From Leucoraja ocellata (taxonomy: Eukaryota), in the NCBI GenBank assembly GCA_036785375.1, contig JAWMAR010000340.1, positions 1,550,001 through 1,614,000 of the forward strand: a DNA stretch of 64,000 bases, read 5' to 3'. Below, piece after piece: positions 36,891 through 49,550 of the stretch. The notes under the pieces were generated by a model that did no database searches, had not been told where the DNA came from, and saw only the letters and a program-made list of their open reading frames with translations. The translations under genes and the position numbers were made by a program. Numbering within the stretch: the first letter of the stretch is position 1; every line of letters starts with the position of its first letter.

Positions 36891-39100
36891 AAATAAATAA
36901 AACGAGATGAAACGTAATCAGGGGTTCACCGCTGGGTCTTGCAGACCCATTTCCTAGACTTTTTGCAATAAGCAAACATGCAAAAACGATTACCCCAAAA
37001 TTGCACTCCGATTTTACCTAAACTTTCTGTGAAACCCCTAAAGATCTGTCACTGCATTTTGTAAGAGTTTCTCAAGAAAGCTCGATCTGTTCGCATGTTT
37101 CAATAGCTGGAATTGTGTCAGTTCATTAACTTGTGTTGCAGAACAGACGCAGCTATCTTTGTTTCTTTTGTTTTAACAAACAGTGAGTACAAAATTTGCT
37201 GTGAGCTTCATCGCGGAAAAAAACTGTCAGATTCAATTCGTGGATACAATATAATTCAAGATAATTCATGCTTCCGTTAGTGATGTGACGACCGTCGTAA
37301 GATGAGACGACAGGTCTATAGCTATATGTTGACCAATGTAGTTGCGACGTACAAGGTAAAGTTAATTGAATTTTACTTTCATAGATGATGAAACTTTCCA
37401 CCTCATCGTTATAAATCCAGCCCTCCAGTTTTCGTATTGGTGAAGGTATCACTGCGCTCTGCTGCACTGGTAACTTGTCAAATAGGGTTCTGTTTTCGAT
37501 AATACTTACCTGTAAACTCCAAGTGAGGTGTCCCTCATCGAAAAATTGTTATGGAATTGTGAGTAAAATCTATCTTCGACTTGTCGGAAAAAATGTACGT
37601 TGCCTATTTTATGGATGTCGAAGTGAAAATAGCAAATTCACACACGATAGCTATGAAACAAAACTAAGCAAACGTCGTCCGCGAAAAGGGTGCCATTTTA
37701 TGGTGCCGGGGGCATTAATATTCCCAACCTGCAGTTATGGCACAGCCACACATATTCTTTTCCACAAACTAATATACCGTTAATAGATACAGTCTTTTTT
37801 TCCCATAAAATATATATTGATACTGTCTTTATGTGGATATTTAGGTTCACTTGAACCTGTACTAAAGTTAAGTCTGATATCACAAAAGTAAACAAGACTC
37901 TTCAATCTAACTTCATAAATATTAAACTTCAAAACTATGCTTCATGCATATTAAAACGTGTTTGTTCTGGGTTGACGAAATACCGGTGCCTAAATACTGA
38001 TCTAGTGCTTCATCTCCTTGTTTTACCTCAATAATCTCAGCGTCATAGTATTTAAATGCTTTTAAATAAGTTAGGAAACTGTGATCCAAATTAAAACAAA
38101 ATGTGTTTATCATTGAACATGGCAGCAATTATCTGCCATTAACATTGTGCAAGTTTTGTGACATTAAGGGTGATAACAGTTTCTAAATGATAGCTTGTAA
38201 CCCAAATTGCAATGGACACTAGTTACAAAAGACAGCAACAAACGAATGTATTTTTTCATTATTTTTTTAATGAAATAAAACCATCCAATTTCACATTGCA
38301 GCAATCACTTTTTTTGCACAGCTATAGATTAAATCGTTTGAACATTCAGATAAAATAATTATGAAACAATGATAAATTAAGCAAACCGTGCCGCAGGTAT
38401 TCTTTCGTTTGAATGAATCTATACTTACACGACCCAAGAAGTGTAAAGAAAATAAATCCCTAATGCCAGTGAATCTAAATAATATTTACAAAAAGGTAAA
38501 TCATTACTGCCGCTTCAAAGTTTCTTTTTTTTTTCTCGAAGAAGTTTGGGTACCAAATAACCACCGCAATCGTGCATTATTCTTTAAAAAAAAGTAGAAA
38601 ATAAGAAAACTGGTGTTTCGAAATAGGCGAACAACAAACAACAATTAAATATGGTGCCGCTTACACAAAAAAAAAACAAGCTTCCTTTGGAACCAAAGGT
38701 TTATTTATATTTAAGTTAGCAAAATTGAAATCTTTATCCCAAAAGCGAGCCTGGGTACTTAATTAAATTCTAATTACGACACTATCAATATCCCATTTAG
38801 CTACGTAGCTATTGTTGGATTCAGCCCTTTTCATGCAGTAAATGGAGTATCGGTGGCTTATCTCGACTGCAAGAGACGGCTTGAGAAGAGCTGCAAAAGA
38901 TAATTTATAGGTTTTAATTACTCTTCATTCCGCCTGATCAGCTTGGCGTTCATCACATGTGAGTGAATAAAATCTGGTCAAAAGCACTGTCAGTATTCCC
39001 TGGCAAGACGCTTAATCAAAGTAAGCAGGGCGATATTACACGCTGAGAGATCCTAAACGTAATTTAGAAGCTGCTGATAAAGCTGGTTGAATAATGCCCC

Positions 39101-39232
39101 NNNNNNNNNNNNNNNNNNNNNNNNNNNNNNNNNNNNNNNNNNNNNNNNNNNNNNNNNNNNNNNNNNNNNNNNNNNNNNNNNNNNNNNNNNNNNNNNNNNN
39201 NNNNNNNNNNNNNNNNNNNNNNNNNNNNNNNN
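39101..39232. other. Assembly gap (132 N)
   Basis: Run of N. Confidence 1.
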
Positions 39233-40645
39233 TTTTATTATTGAATATAATGCACACACCCATTTCAAATCCTATATATACACTCTAGCGTTAAGGAAGC
39301 TGCAAAACGAGCCGATGAAATTTATGCACAGAGGCGCCTAAGAAGGAAAACGTTTTAGTTGTGTATCATAACATAAAGACTCGGAGATTTGTCAGTTGAT
39401 TTACTCCTAAATATGAAAAATACAAAATCTAAATTATAGGTTCCAAGTGAGTGTTCGACTGTTTGTGTGATAAAGTAGAACATACTTTGTAATAAAAACT
39501 ATAGATTATGCAAGACACGTAAAGTAAATCACTATTAAAATCAGTAATTCTAAAAAGTGCAAACATTTTCATCAATTTTCTGATTCGACCTCGCCAGTGC
39601 TTTCTTCTTATTAACCAGTCTGTTGTGACATCGAAATATATAACTTCTCTGTCCACATATCTAAAGGTCGTGATCAAATCACTTTCGGCTACTCCTTGAA
39701 GGACGTAAATGAGTTGTTCCCATACAATGGATTTCATCGCTCCTACAGCGAATCGGTGACCAAAGGTTTTGTTTGAATTGAATGCGAATAGATTTTTTCC
39801 ACAAATGCACCATTCTAATTAGGAGCTGTAAGGTCAAGCTGTACACATTCTATGTCCCTAACGCTAGACATCGGAAATGTGTGGGGCAGCAAGTCATTAC
39901 CTGCCGATCCTTTCATTGTACTAATTCAGCCCGGATCAAATGATTTGGTACCAATTTGTAAAGGAACCTCGCATACCCCATTAGTTTAGGAAAGTGTAAT
40001 AACGTGTTCATGCAATCTAATTACATAGCACGTTTGAGGAAATAGAATTCCCATTTACTGGACAATCGTGATGCAATTAGATGCAGCACTGCAATTATTT
40101 ACTCAAATGTTGCGATATATTTGCGCATATTAAATATATTAGGAATGCAGTAATCAAGTCGCCATTTTTGCTTCCAGATTCGCAAAGAAATATCTTTGCA
40201 ATGATTTAATCTCATTACAGTGATTATTTGATCAAGGTTTGGAAATCGGCATGTGGAATGATTTTAATAAAACGATTTCAATTTCAGTCCACAGAGTGCG
40301 CTCAAGCCTTTATTTAGTCTAGAAACAAGCAGCCTGGCTGTCAATATGTTTGGAAGTACAATCATCAGTGGAAGCCGGGCAGCTTTAACGGAGGGTCCAC
40401 GGTGATCTGTTTGGGAATCCTAGTGTCACGTGCCACGGTTTGTGACCGTGTTGCTCGCATTTTCTTCCCTTCACTTCTGAATAAAATCTGCAGGCAGCGA
40501 ATCGTTGAACGATCAGCTGTATCTCCAAGCACACAGCAGACGGGCATTAAGGCCCGGCAAACCAGATACTTGACACACAAACTTACGCAGGCACCAGGTT
40601 TTCAGTAAATAATATACTCCCAAGGAAAATGCGATGGTTCAGGTC

Positions 40646-40828
40646 ACATAGAAACATAGAAAATAGGTGCATGAGTAGGCCATTCGGCCCTTCGACCAAG
40701 CACCGCCATTCAATATGATCATGGCTGATCATCCAAAATTAGTACCCAGTTCTTGTTTCCCCCACCCCAACCCCATATCCCTTGCTTCCGTTAGCCCTAA
40801 GAACTATGTCTAACTCTCTCTTGAATAC
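40646..40828 (-). mobile_element. Short CR1 3'-end insertion
   Basis: ACATAGAAACATAGAAAATAGGTGC...GGCCATTCGGCCCTTCG matches 52430-52480 and the reverse complement of 990-1045; CAGGT on both flanks is a possible target duplication. Confidence 0.88.
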
Positions 40829-43800
40829 AGGTTAAAGCTTAGTAAGTAATGATGTGGCTTTAGACCTGTTTTTATCAGGCCTATTTCAAGTTTGAATATC
40901 TGCCGCATCATTACATTGATGTATTATCATGAAAGGGAAATAAGCATGCAGTATAGTCCATAAGATAAATTAAATACTTACACGCCCCCACCCCCACCAC
41001 TCCCCCCAAAGCGCCAAATTACCCCAAACAAACGTAATCCGGCATCAATCCGCGCATCAACTACATGACCATCTACAACGTCCAGATTGCCACAGTCGCT
41101 TTGTTTTGATGCTGCTATATGTTCTTATTGAATCCATGCCAAATGTGTGTTCGCTTTCTTAAATCAAACCCATAAGTATGTCAAATGCGTAGAAATTATT
41201 ATGTTATGATGATGCTTATTCATTGAATTATTGTGTGAACTGAACTCTAACGAGTAAAGCGTCTGCATTTTGCTTTGATAGTTCCAGTTTTATCCATTAA
41301 TCGTTCCTGCGACGCACCTTAGAAGGTTTTACAATTGATTCGTTATCACAGCTGTAACCAAAATTACCAGGCAACCCAAAAGGCAAATGAACGAGAGTAA
41401 CATGTATTATCTACAACGCATAGCATTTAAGACTGCTAAAACGATATTCCAGCCCAACTAATATACTCCCTTCCAATGCCACCTAATCTAAAAAGTTTTG
41501 CAAACTGTGACAAATGTATTACGTTTTAGAAACAAAAGTCCATTTGTGTTGAATGAAACAGTCTGCGACGGAGCGGATTTTTTCATGATGTAATTCTGCT
41601 GCGGCCCAGTGGTAGCTCAAGGAATTAATCATCCCAGTTATTGGTACATAACAAAAATCGTAAATAGCTGTAGGTCACCATTCTCATTTTCTGTTGATGC
41701 AACAAACAATGCACAAGACCCATGTACAGGACGGGGATTTGTGCCTGCGAGGTAAGTGCATTAATTAAGCGAAATAACCAGCTCGGTGTAAACGAGGAAC
41801 AAAAAAGCGTCAGACTGAGATCCAATTTGCCACATACGATAATTTACAATCGGAAACCATTTCAATCATTTTTTTCAAACTTTGATGTTTAATAATAGGG
41901 CTTTTTATCAAAACATCTTCGCTGTGTATTTAGCGAGGCACACGGAATTCCGAATGCAGGCTAAGAAAGAGCATTCTTTACCTTACTTCACCTGAGGCAG
42001 ATTGTGACAATACGTTTAATTCAGTGAAAAAGTGACAGATTTATTTGAACGGGATAGAAATATTGCGCGGAACCTTGAAAACGTTTCTCAATTTTCAAAG
42101 TTTTTCCTTGTGAAATTGTACTTGCAATGTATGAATTCGTTTAATGCTAACTTTGCATGTTTCTCATTTTAGTGGAGAAAATCAGCCACTTAAGTTTGGC
42201 GTCGTTTAATAATAACAAAAGGACTAAAACATGTGACGCAGTATTTTCTATAACAATTTTAACGATGTGCCAACTAGGAGTCCGAAACAAAGTGTGTATT
42301 TTTGATTTAGGTGAAACAAGTCCTCTCACTCCTGTGGCTTGAAGACCGGAAGCGCCACCTAGCGCATTTGTTCTGGTCTGCGTTAAGACACCCTATTCAA
42401 ATAACTTAAAATTATTATTTGACAGAATATATAAAGGACATATAATATGTAACATAATTCTGGCAGTACAAACCAATGATCCATTCAAATGCCTGCACAA
42501 TTATGACATCTGTACGTGGATGGAATAATTATTCCAATCTTGTGGTTGTAATTTGCGTTTCGCTTGTTTTCCACTTTGAGTACGGACGCGTTGGGCCAGG
42601 ATCTGCCTACATATCTATGGTCTATCTCACTACAACATTTAAACAAACAATTCAAAGACAAAGTCATCCTGATTTAATTTTAAATTAAATCAAATCATCT
42701 GTCAACGCTGTTAACATGAAAGACATTTTGTTTATTTACATCAGTGTAGCAACGAGGTCAAAGTCAATGGTGTCCTGAGAAAATACACTGTAAACGATTC
42801 AGTTCACTTATGCGCATATGGGAAGCTTCTGGTGCAAAAAGGAAAACAATTCTCAACACAACAAACCCCACTGTGGTTCTGCAATTTTACTCGAGAGTTT
42901 TGCAAATAATTCCTGAGCTCTTCGAAACTTTCGAAGGTGATTGTGGTAAGAACTTGTTGAAAACAATTAAAAGTTGCAAAGAATGTAAATATGTTTTGGC
43001 AGAATAAGGCTCATTTCATCTACTTTTGCCTACAAATAAAATTATATCAATTTCGTGGCGGATTATCAACAGACGATTTTTATTTTTAATTGCAATTTGT
43101 GGGCAATTGTATTGATTTGAAATAATTCAGTAGTTCTCCCACGTATGGAGTTATTTGCAAAAGACAATATATTTTGATCCTTAAAACATTCTAGAGGATT
43201 AAATAAATAACGTTCCTAGCAACAGAGCAAAAATGTTTATTAGGCATTTATTTAACTGTAAAATAGCGCCGTCAGTCATATGCCATCTGATATTTAAGCT
43301 ACATTTTATGGGGGCAATTTATATACATTTGCAATCGAAGTAAATGTTGCCATCAAGACATTGAAGATATCCATTAAACCACGGTAATATACATGAGCAA
43401 CAATCACGGATAAAGTATTAATGTAGTACTACAACTAAACCCTAAGGGGGCGCGCATTGTGCTTGAACGATGCGTTTCATGAGGAGAGACCCAGCTGCCT
43501 GCGGTGTCGAAGTAATACAATTCATAGTCAAACTTTCTTTTTTGATATTCACAACTTTTAATATGTTCTAACTGTAGGTACACGAAGTAAGCAGGTGAAA
43601 ATATTCCGTTATTGTAATCATCTTTTTAAATTTTCCTTCTTCTACAGTCTCAAGTATAAGAACAGTGATAATTTGATTGTTTAGTACCATTCCACATACA
43701 AATCTGCATCATTTTAATGTCGATGCGTGGTGTCTTCACTGCTTGCGCACGGATCTATTTGATGCATTTGTATTTAATTATTTAGACTTAGTAATAGTTT

Positions 43801-46299
43801 AAAGGAACGGAACAGAATGAATGTGAATGTTGGAGAAGGGAGGACAATATTTGAAGAGCTGTATTAAATCGTGACCTCTCGAAGATTAACCCTTCATCGA
43901 TTTTTTTTTTGTGTGGATTTTGCAATCTGTTCTTCATACCCCCTCCCCTCCCTACTCCACTCCGCTCATTCTCCGCGCCCTCACCACCACCAAGAGCTAA
44001 CTTATCATTCCCACATGGTGGTAGCTCCACCGTTTACAGGAACGTTATACATGGCTTTGCTAGTGTTAGTTGGAGTGTCTGACTTTCTGATGCGATCGAA
44101 AAACTTAATGTAAAGGCAGAATGCCATTGTATTACTTTATATTCTACGTGATTAAGATCACGATTAATAGAGTTGTCCTCCAATGCTTAAAAAACACTGG
44201 ATTGATAAGGCGCATATATGAAGTGTGAATCATTAAAAGCGATTCACTCGTGGACTGAATTCCAAGGTGTCTGGGTCGGTTTGCAGGAAATGTGGAAATT
44301 AGAAAAGGGTTTCCTCCGTGTGATACTGATATATTAGGTCATTCTTTTTCGGCTGTAAAAAATGCAACAGGCAGCTTCACCTAGAATGTAAAATAAATCG
44401 CTGTTTCATATTATTATTTTTATTGTTTAAAGGAGTTGATTGAAGTATTCCTTTCTGCGCAACGGAGACAGCGCTGGCGCCAGGACATCGACTCACCAAA
44501 GGCAATCGGATTCAAAACGCTATCTGCAGATTTAGGGTATTTTATGCACTGCGAACCGCTATAGATTTCGAATGAGTTATGATGCATTTGGCGCAACAAC
44601 TACATTGAAGTATAAAACTAGGTCTTATTTATCAAATTATTACTTAACACGGTCAAGATGCAGATAATATTTATTGCCAACATGTCGGTCTTTCCTCAGA
44701 AGTTGTAAATATCTAAATATTTATTCAAGAATTGTTCCAGAGATATTTCCGATGCTTTTTGGTGGGCACGGATATATCCTACTACACAATTTTCAATCAA
44801 CGTATCAACACCTTATTTAATCTAATATTCTTGTGTCAACTCATCAAACTAGAATATCAGTAATATCAACTAGATTATCTAGAATATTAGTAACTAGTGA
44901 AATCTTTGGGACTTAAGGAACGTTTTGGGGTGATATCAGTAACTAGTGAAATCTTTAGGATTTAGGAAACGTTTTTGCATGAACCGTGAATTGGTGTTGG
45001 AATGGACTACTTCCAGAATGCTTCGGATCTGCAGTTTTAGCCGAAGTTACTATAGATCACCGCTCAGGGACGGAGTAAAATGTCAGGTGATGATTTCTTT
45101 GTTAAATGCGCTCGAGTCCAGTTTTTTTTTAAGTAACAAATAGTCTGATTAATTGCGAGTATAATTCGACTAAGTACTTGCCGGATATAATACCCCATTG
45201 ACAAAATAGTGTTAACCATATGTGCTACCCACAAGCGCCTCCCTGGTCGAGATCAGTCAGCTAAAAAAGCATGGAGTCATTTTAAAATTATGGCACTGCT
45301 TACCAATGAAGATTATCCAGGTCATTTTGTAGTCACTTCTGTTAACCTCTTTTCAATAATAAAATTGGCTCTGAAATTCCTAAAATAACGTCTGTATTCT
45401 GTCTCCAGTTTCTTCCCCAATCCTTTGATTCTAGTCCACGATGCTTTCAAAATATGGTTTGTATTTTCTAGACTCTTCTGATCTCCATAGCATGTCATTC
45501 CTCTTTTTAAAAAAATGAAATCATGCATGCATATAAAATGTAATTAGTGTTAATATCAAGAGCAGACAATTTAAAAAAGACCAATTTCTGAGATGTAATT
45601 TGCTGGTTGTTTAATTACAGCATATACCCACTGTTCTCAGTGTGTCAGCAGCAAGGGCTTCTTTACCAATGCCTCTGGTGCCCACAAGACTCTTTACTTG
45701 GATGCATAATTTTCTATTTATCTCCCCTTATCAACCAGAAATATTGCACCAGATACCACACAAATGCTGACAACAATCAGCTTTCCCTCCAACTAACACT
45801 TCTCCAGACACTCTCCATATTCTATACCATTTTAATTGACATTGATATCTGTATGACCAGAAATATCTCCAACATAATATTGGGCAGGGAGGGGGTGACA
45901 CTAAGGCTTAATCATTATTACAAACTTTGTACCCTACTTTTTTTCCCTCTCCATCACACGTGTTTGAAGCTGAATCCAACCATCCAACCAAGTCTATCAC
46001 TAAAACCGCTTGCTTTTGTGCCAGCAACATCCCCTCATTAGCTCATCTCCTGCCTATGCTACCTGGAGACTTGATGCTTCCAATAGACTCTTCGCTATTC
46101 TCACTTGATTTACTCATCATAAACCTGAACTAATAACTTGCCCCAAAGCCCCTTCACCGATCATTTTCTGGCTACTGGATAAACAATACCACAATTTCTG
46201 CTTAATATCTTTTGATGTACATTGGAAACAACCTTTCCTTTAAAGAAATATACTCCTATGAAATGACTTGGCTATTTTGTGTGTCAGAAATGTTACATA

Positions 46300-46560
46300 A
46301 ATGGAAAATGTGCTTTAGTGTGCTCAACTGTCTTTCCACTTATTCAAGTTCTATTTCAGAAATTTAAGATAGTGCAACTCTGCGGAGGGGCAGCACTGTA
46401 AGAAGTTAAGCTAAAATTTTGCCTGCTCTACCAGGAGTTGCGTAAGATTTCATAGTAATATTTGAAGAAAAATAAGGAGAAATCCTGTCTAAAATCCACC
46501 CTTTTGGCTATGTCCCCAGTCCCTCAAATGTCCTTATTGTTTGTAAGGTCTGTAACTAAA
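46300..46560 (+). mobile_element. Ancient DeuSINE-like (AmnSINE/SacSINE-type) remnant
   Basis: GTAAGATTTCATAGTAATATTTGAAGAAAATAAGGAGAAATCCTG resembles the recalled Deu-domain block; highly diverged. Confidence 0.4.
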
Positions 46561-47969
46561 AAAAGCTAATCCTTGCATATCTTCAAATTCATAATTTTGT
46601 TCTCAAAATAGCAATGTCAGTATAAATGCTGAAAAATAAAATCAGCTTTGTGAAATTTACTAATGGCAGGTACGAAAACTAATTTGTTGATGGGAATTTT
46701 TAATATATGTAGATGGTGAACATCAATTTTTAACATCTCAGAAATGTACAGAAAAGATGTACAAGTAAATGTATATTTCAAAGAATGAACTCTGGTCAGA
46801 AAATCTGAAGGTGGTGAAAAAATAGCTGAAATTGAAGTGCATCAAAACAATGGGACTGCTTCAATCCAATTAGATAATAGGGAGTGCAAATAGTTTGACA
46901 AACTAAAGAATTGTACAAAAGTGTACAATTGACATTTAGGCATGTTGGCAGAGAGAGAGAATGATAGCAAACATAAGGCCAATAGGAAAATAGAGATCTA
47001 ATACATAAACAACATTTGACCTTGTTGCATTTTAACTATTCTGAGAAATAAAATCCATGTTATGAAAAGGGCTATGAATTCTAGGTGACTGCAGGGATTC
47101 CTCCAGATCTATAAAATTATCAAATGTCCATTGCTCAGCTTTTGACTTCTACATTTTCTGCATTCATTCCAATACCTGGATATTAATTCTATTTGCACAT
47201 TTTTGCCCAGATTTTCTGGTTGTAATGGTTTTTTAATGTTTGGCTTTTCATGTCATTACATTGAAAGTGACAGCAATGTCTGGACTTTACATTTGCAAAG
47301 ATAAGTATAACAATCCAGGCTCTGCACTCAGCTTTAGTCTCTCCCTTCACAGGGTGTGCTTTCAAAGTGCTTGCAGATGGAAATGTTTTTTAAACTTACT
47401 GAATCTGCAAAACCTTCACATTTTATTTTTGGTGTAAACATCTTTGAAAAAGTTAAGTTTTGTTGATTCAAGATTAAATATTTCAGTTCATAAATCCATA
47501 ATTACTACCCATTATTGCTCTGGCAATGAAAAGCTATATATGCTCCAGTGCTGTCCAAATAAATAGCTTAAAATTAATTATTTTATAAACATAATTTTAG
47601 AGTTTGTTTATGATATTTCAATTATTCCAACATAATTTGTTGGAATCCCTCATTATTGTTTATTTTTTAAATTAAAATATATGAATAGGTGATTAAACAA
47701 TGTGGATTTTTAATTTGTTGTTTGTTTTATGAGGGAGTTTAAAATGTGATTGGCTGTTTAACTAGTTTGATGATGTCACTGTTGTTGGAAGTCAGAGCTT
47801 CCTTGTAGTTTAATACAGAATTACATTAATATTGGGAAGTGATAGATTCATTTCAGAGAATACTAGATCCTTGGTGCGATACTCTCCTTGAGCTTGATGA
47901 CAAGCAAATTATTTTTTCAACTGCAGATAGCTCTCCATTCATTCATTCATAGAAACTATTTCTTGCATG

Positions 47970-48815
47970 ATTGTATTAATTCTTGGACATGGAGTTTAAT
48001 ACAAAGGTTACTCCTGTCTTTAATACATGTCATAGACTTGTCAGTGCAGAGCACAATTTTGAAATTTGCAGACAATGGGAAACTTGGAAGTATATTAAAA
48101 TATGAAAATAGCGGTAATGCTATTTGGAAAGTGACCATATGGCAGCCAAAATCAATGCATTAAAATGTGCGATGCTGTTAAGGTAAGAAGTAAAAGTAGA
48201 GCCAACACTTGCTGAATATATCAAATTTGGTGAAAATGCACATGTTTGTGCACATCTATTTGGAGGATAAGTTATTAAAGCAGTTAATACAGCTCATGGT
48301 ATTCTGGCATTTGTTAATTGAGATATAAAGTACAAAAGCCAGGAGGTTATGACAAAGCCATAACATCAGTACTACACATAGTATCTTGGCCTGGTGGAAG
48401 AGGTTGAGAATGCTTTGATTATTCTTTCAGTGAATTCAGATGATTTTTTTGATACTTTCCCTAAGCCTTGAGTTGCATGCTGTATAATGGGATACTTTCA
48501 CTACTGGGAGAGTCTTGAACAATGGGAGACAACCACAAGATAAAGGGCAGGTCCTTTAAATCAGAGGTACATCATTCTTCACAGAGGATGGAAAATCTCT
48601 GGAATGATCTACCCAACGAGGTGGTTGAAGCTGAATCATTTAAAGTATGTAAAGTAAGATGGATCAGTATTTAATGGATCAAGGAAGAGAGGGATATGGA
48701 TAAATAGCACATGAGAGAAGTTGAAGCAATGATTAGCCATGATCATGTTCAATGGCGGGGAAGACTCGATGAGCCTGAAGGCCAAGCCCAGCTCCTATTT
48801 TCTTGTGTTCTTGTG
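47970..48815 (+). mobile_element. Old CR1 RT and 3' fragment
   Basis: Translation TILKFADNGKLG (FADDTKLG); later TTCTTCACAGAGGATGGAAAATCTCTGGAATGATCTACC and a CR1 tail AGCTCCTATTTTCTTGTGTTCTTGTG. Confidence 0.7.
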
Positions 48816-48889
48816 ATGGAACATATCAAACAAAGGGAAATTATTAATTAATGTAATGGAAAGAATCTGTACATATATGTGTGAAATTT

Positions 48890-49400
48890 CTATAAAATCT
48901 TAACTAGTGTGGCTGAAGATTGTCGAGGTCTTAGAACAATATAACTGCATTGGGACCAAGTGCATACTGCCAGGTTTGAGGTTTTGATCTTCAAATGTCC
49001 TTTTCCACATTTGACCAAGCACTGCCTTTGCAGAAAGGTAGCTTCTAATATATGGGAAATGCTCCATCTTTTCCAGGGACTCACTGTGAATTTATATTTT
49101 CAAGGCCAGTAGACCAGAGGTCCACTATCTTTGGGATGCTGAGTGTAAGATTTCTCCAGTCATATTGAGGCCCCAAAGCCATATAATCAGCTGCATTGGG
49201 CAGTCCATGTCAATCACGTGTCTGATAGCAGCCTCATGAAAGACATTTGGTATTGAGAGCCCCAAAACCTCACATTGAAAACACACAGAGGCCCTAGTAA
49301 GCAGCAGAAGGAGTGGGCCACCTCCTAAATTACTCAGCTGTCCACCACTTCAGAAACCATCTGCCCATTTGTGGGAGAGTATGGGGTTCCCACATTGGGC
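48890..49400. mobile_element. Possible RTE-clade LINE relic, partly inverted
   Basis: CAGCTGCATTGGGCAGTCCATGTCAATCACGTGTCTGATAGCAGCCTC resembles QLRWAGHVxRMxDxRLP on plus; 48900-49190 looks like minus-strand RTE. Very decayed. Confidence 0.4.
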
Positions 49401-49465
49401 ATGCAAGAAACATAAAATGGGAGTAGAAGTAAGTCGTCTCTATCCAGAGTGACAGATGAAGTAAC

Positions 49466-49550
49466 GCACAGAAATGCTGGAAATGCTCAGCAGATCAGAC
49501 ACGTGCTAAAGAGAATGAAATGTTTCAAGTTCATGAATTTTCATCAGCAG
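49466..49550 (-). mobile_element. Older Penelope-like terminal repeat with hammerhead core
   Basis: AAATGCTGGAAATGCTCAGCAGATCAG resembles 3025-3055; the minus strand contains CTGATGA-AAATTCATGAACTT-GAAAC. Confidence 0.65.

Noticed and set aside
38798-38811. 14-bp perfect palindrome TAGCTACGTAGCTA
   Set aside because: A palindrome this long is expected by chance in 64 kb; no supporting context.
45234-45250. CTCF-like GACCAGGGAGGCGC
   Set aside because: Needs an inserted base to fit the core motif; too weak.
45607-46133. 144-aa and 68-aa plus-strand ORFs
   Set aside because: No motifs or supported splice structure; likely very old repeat-derived or chance sequence.
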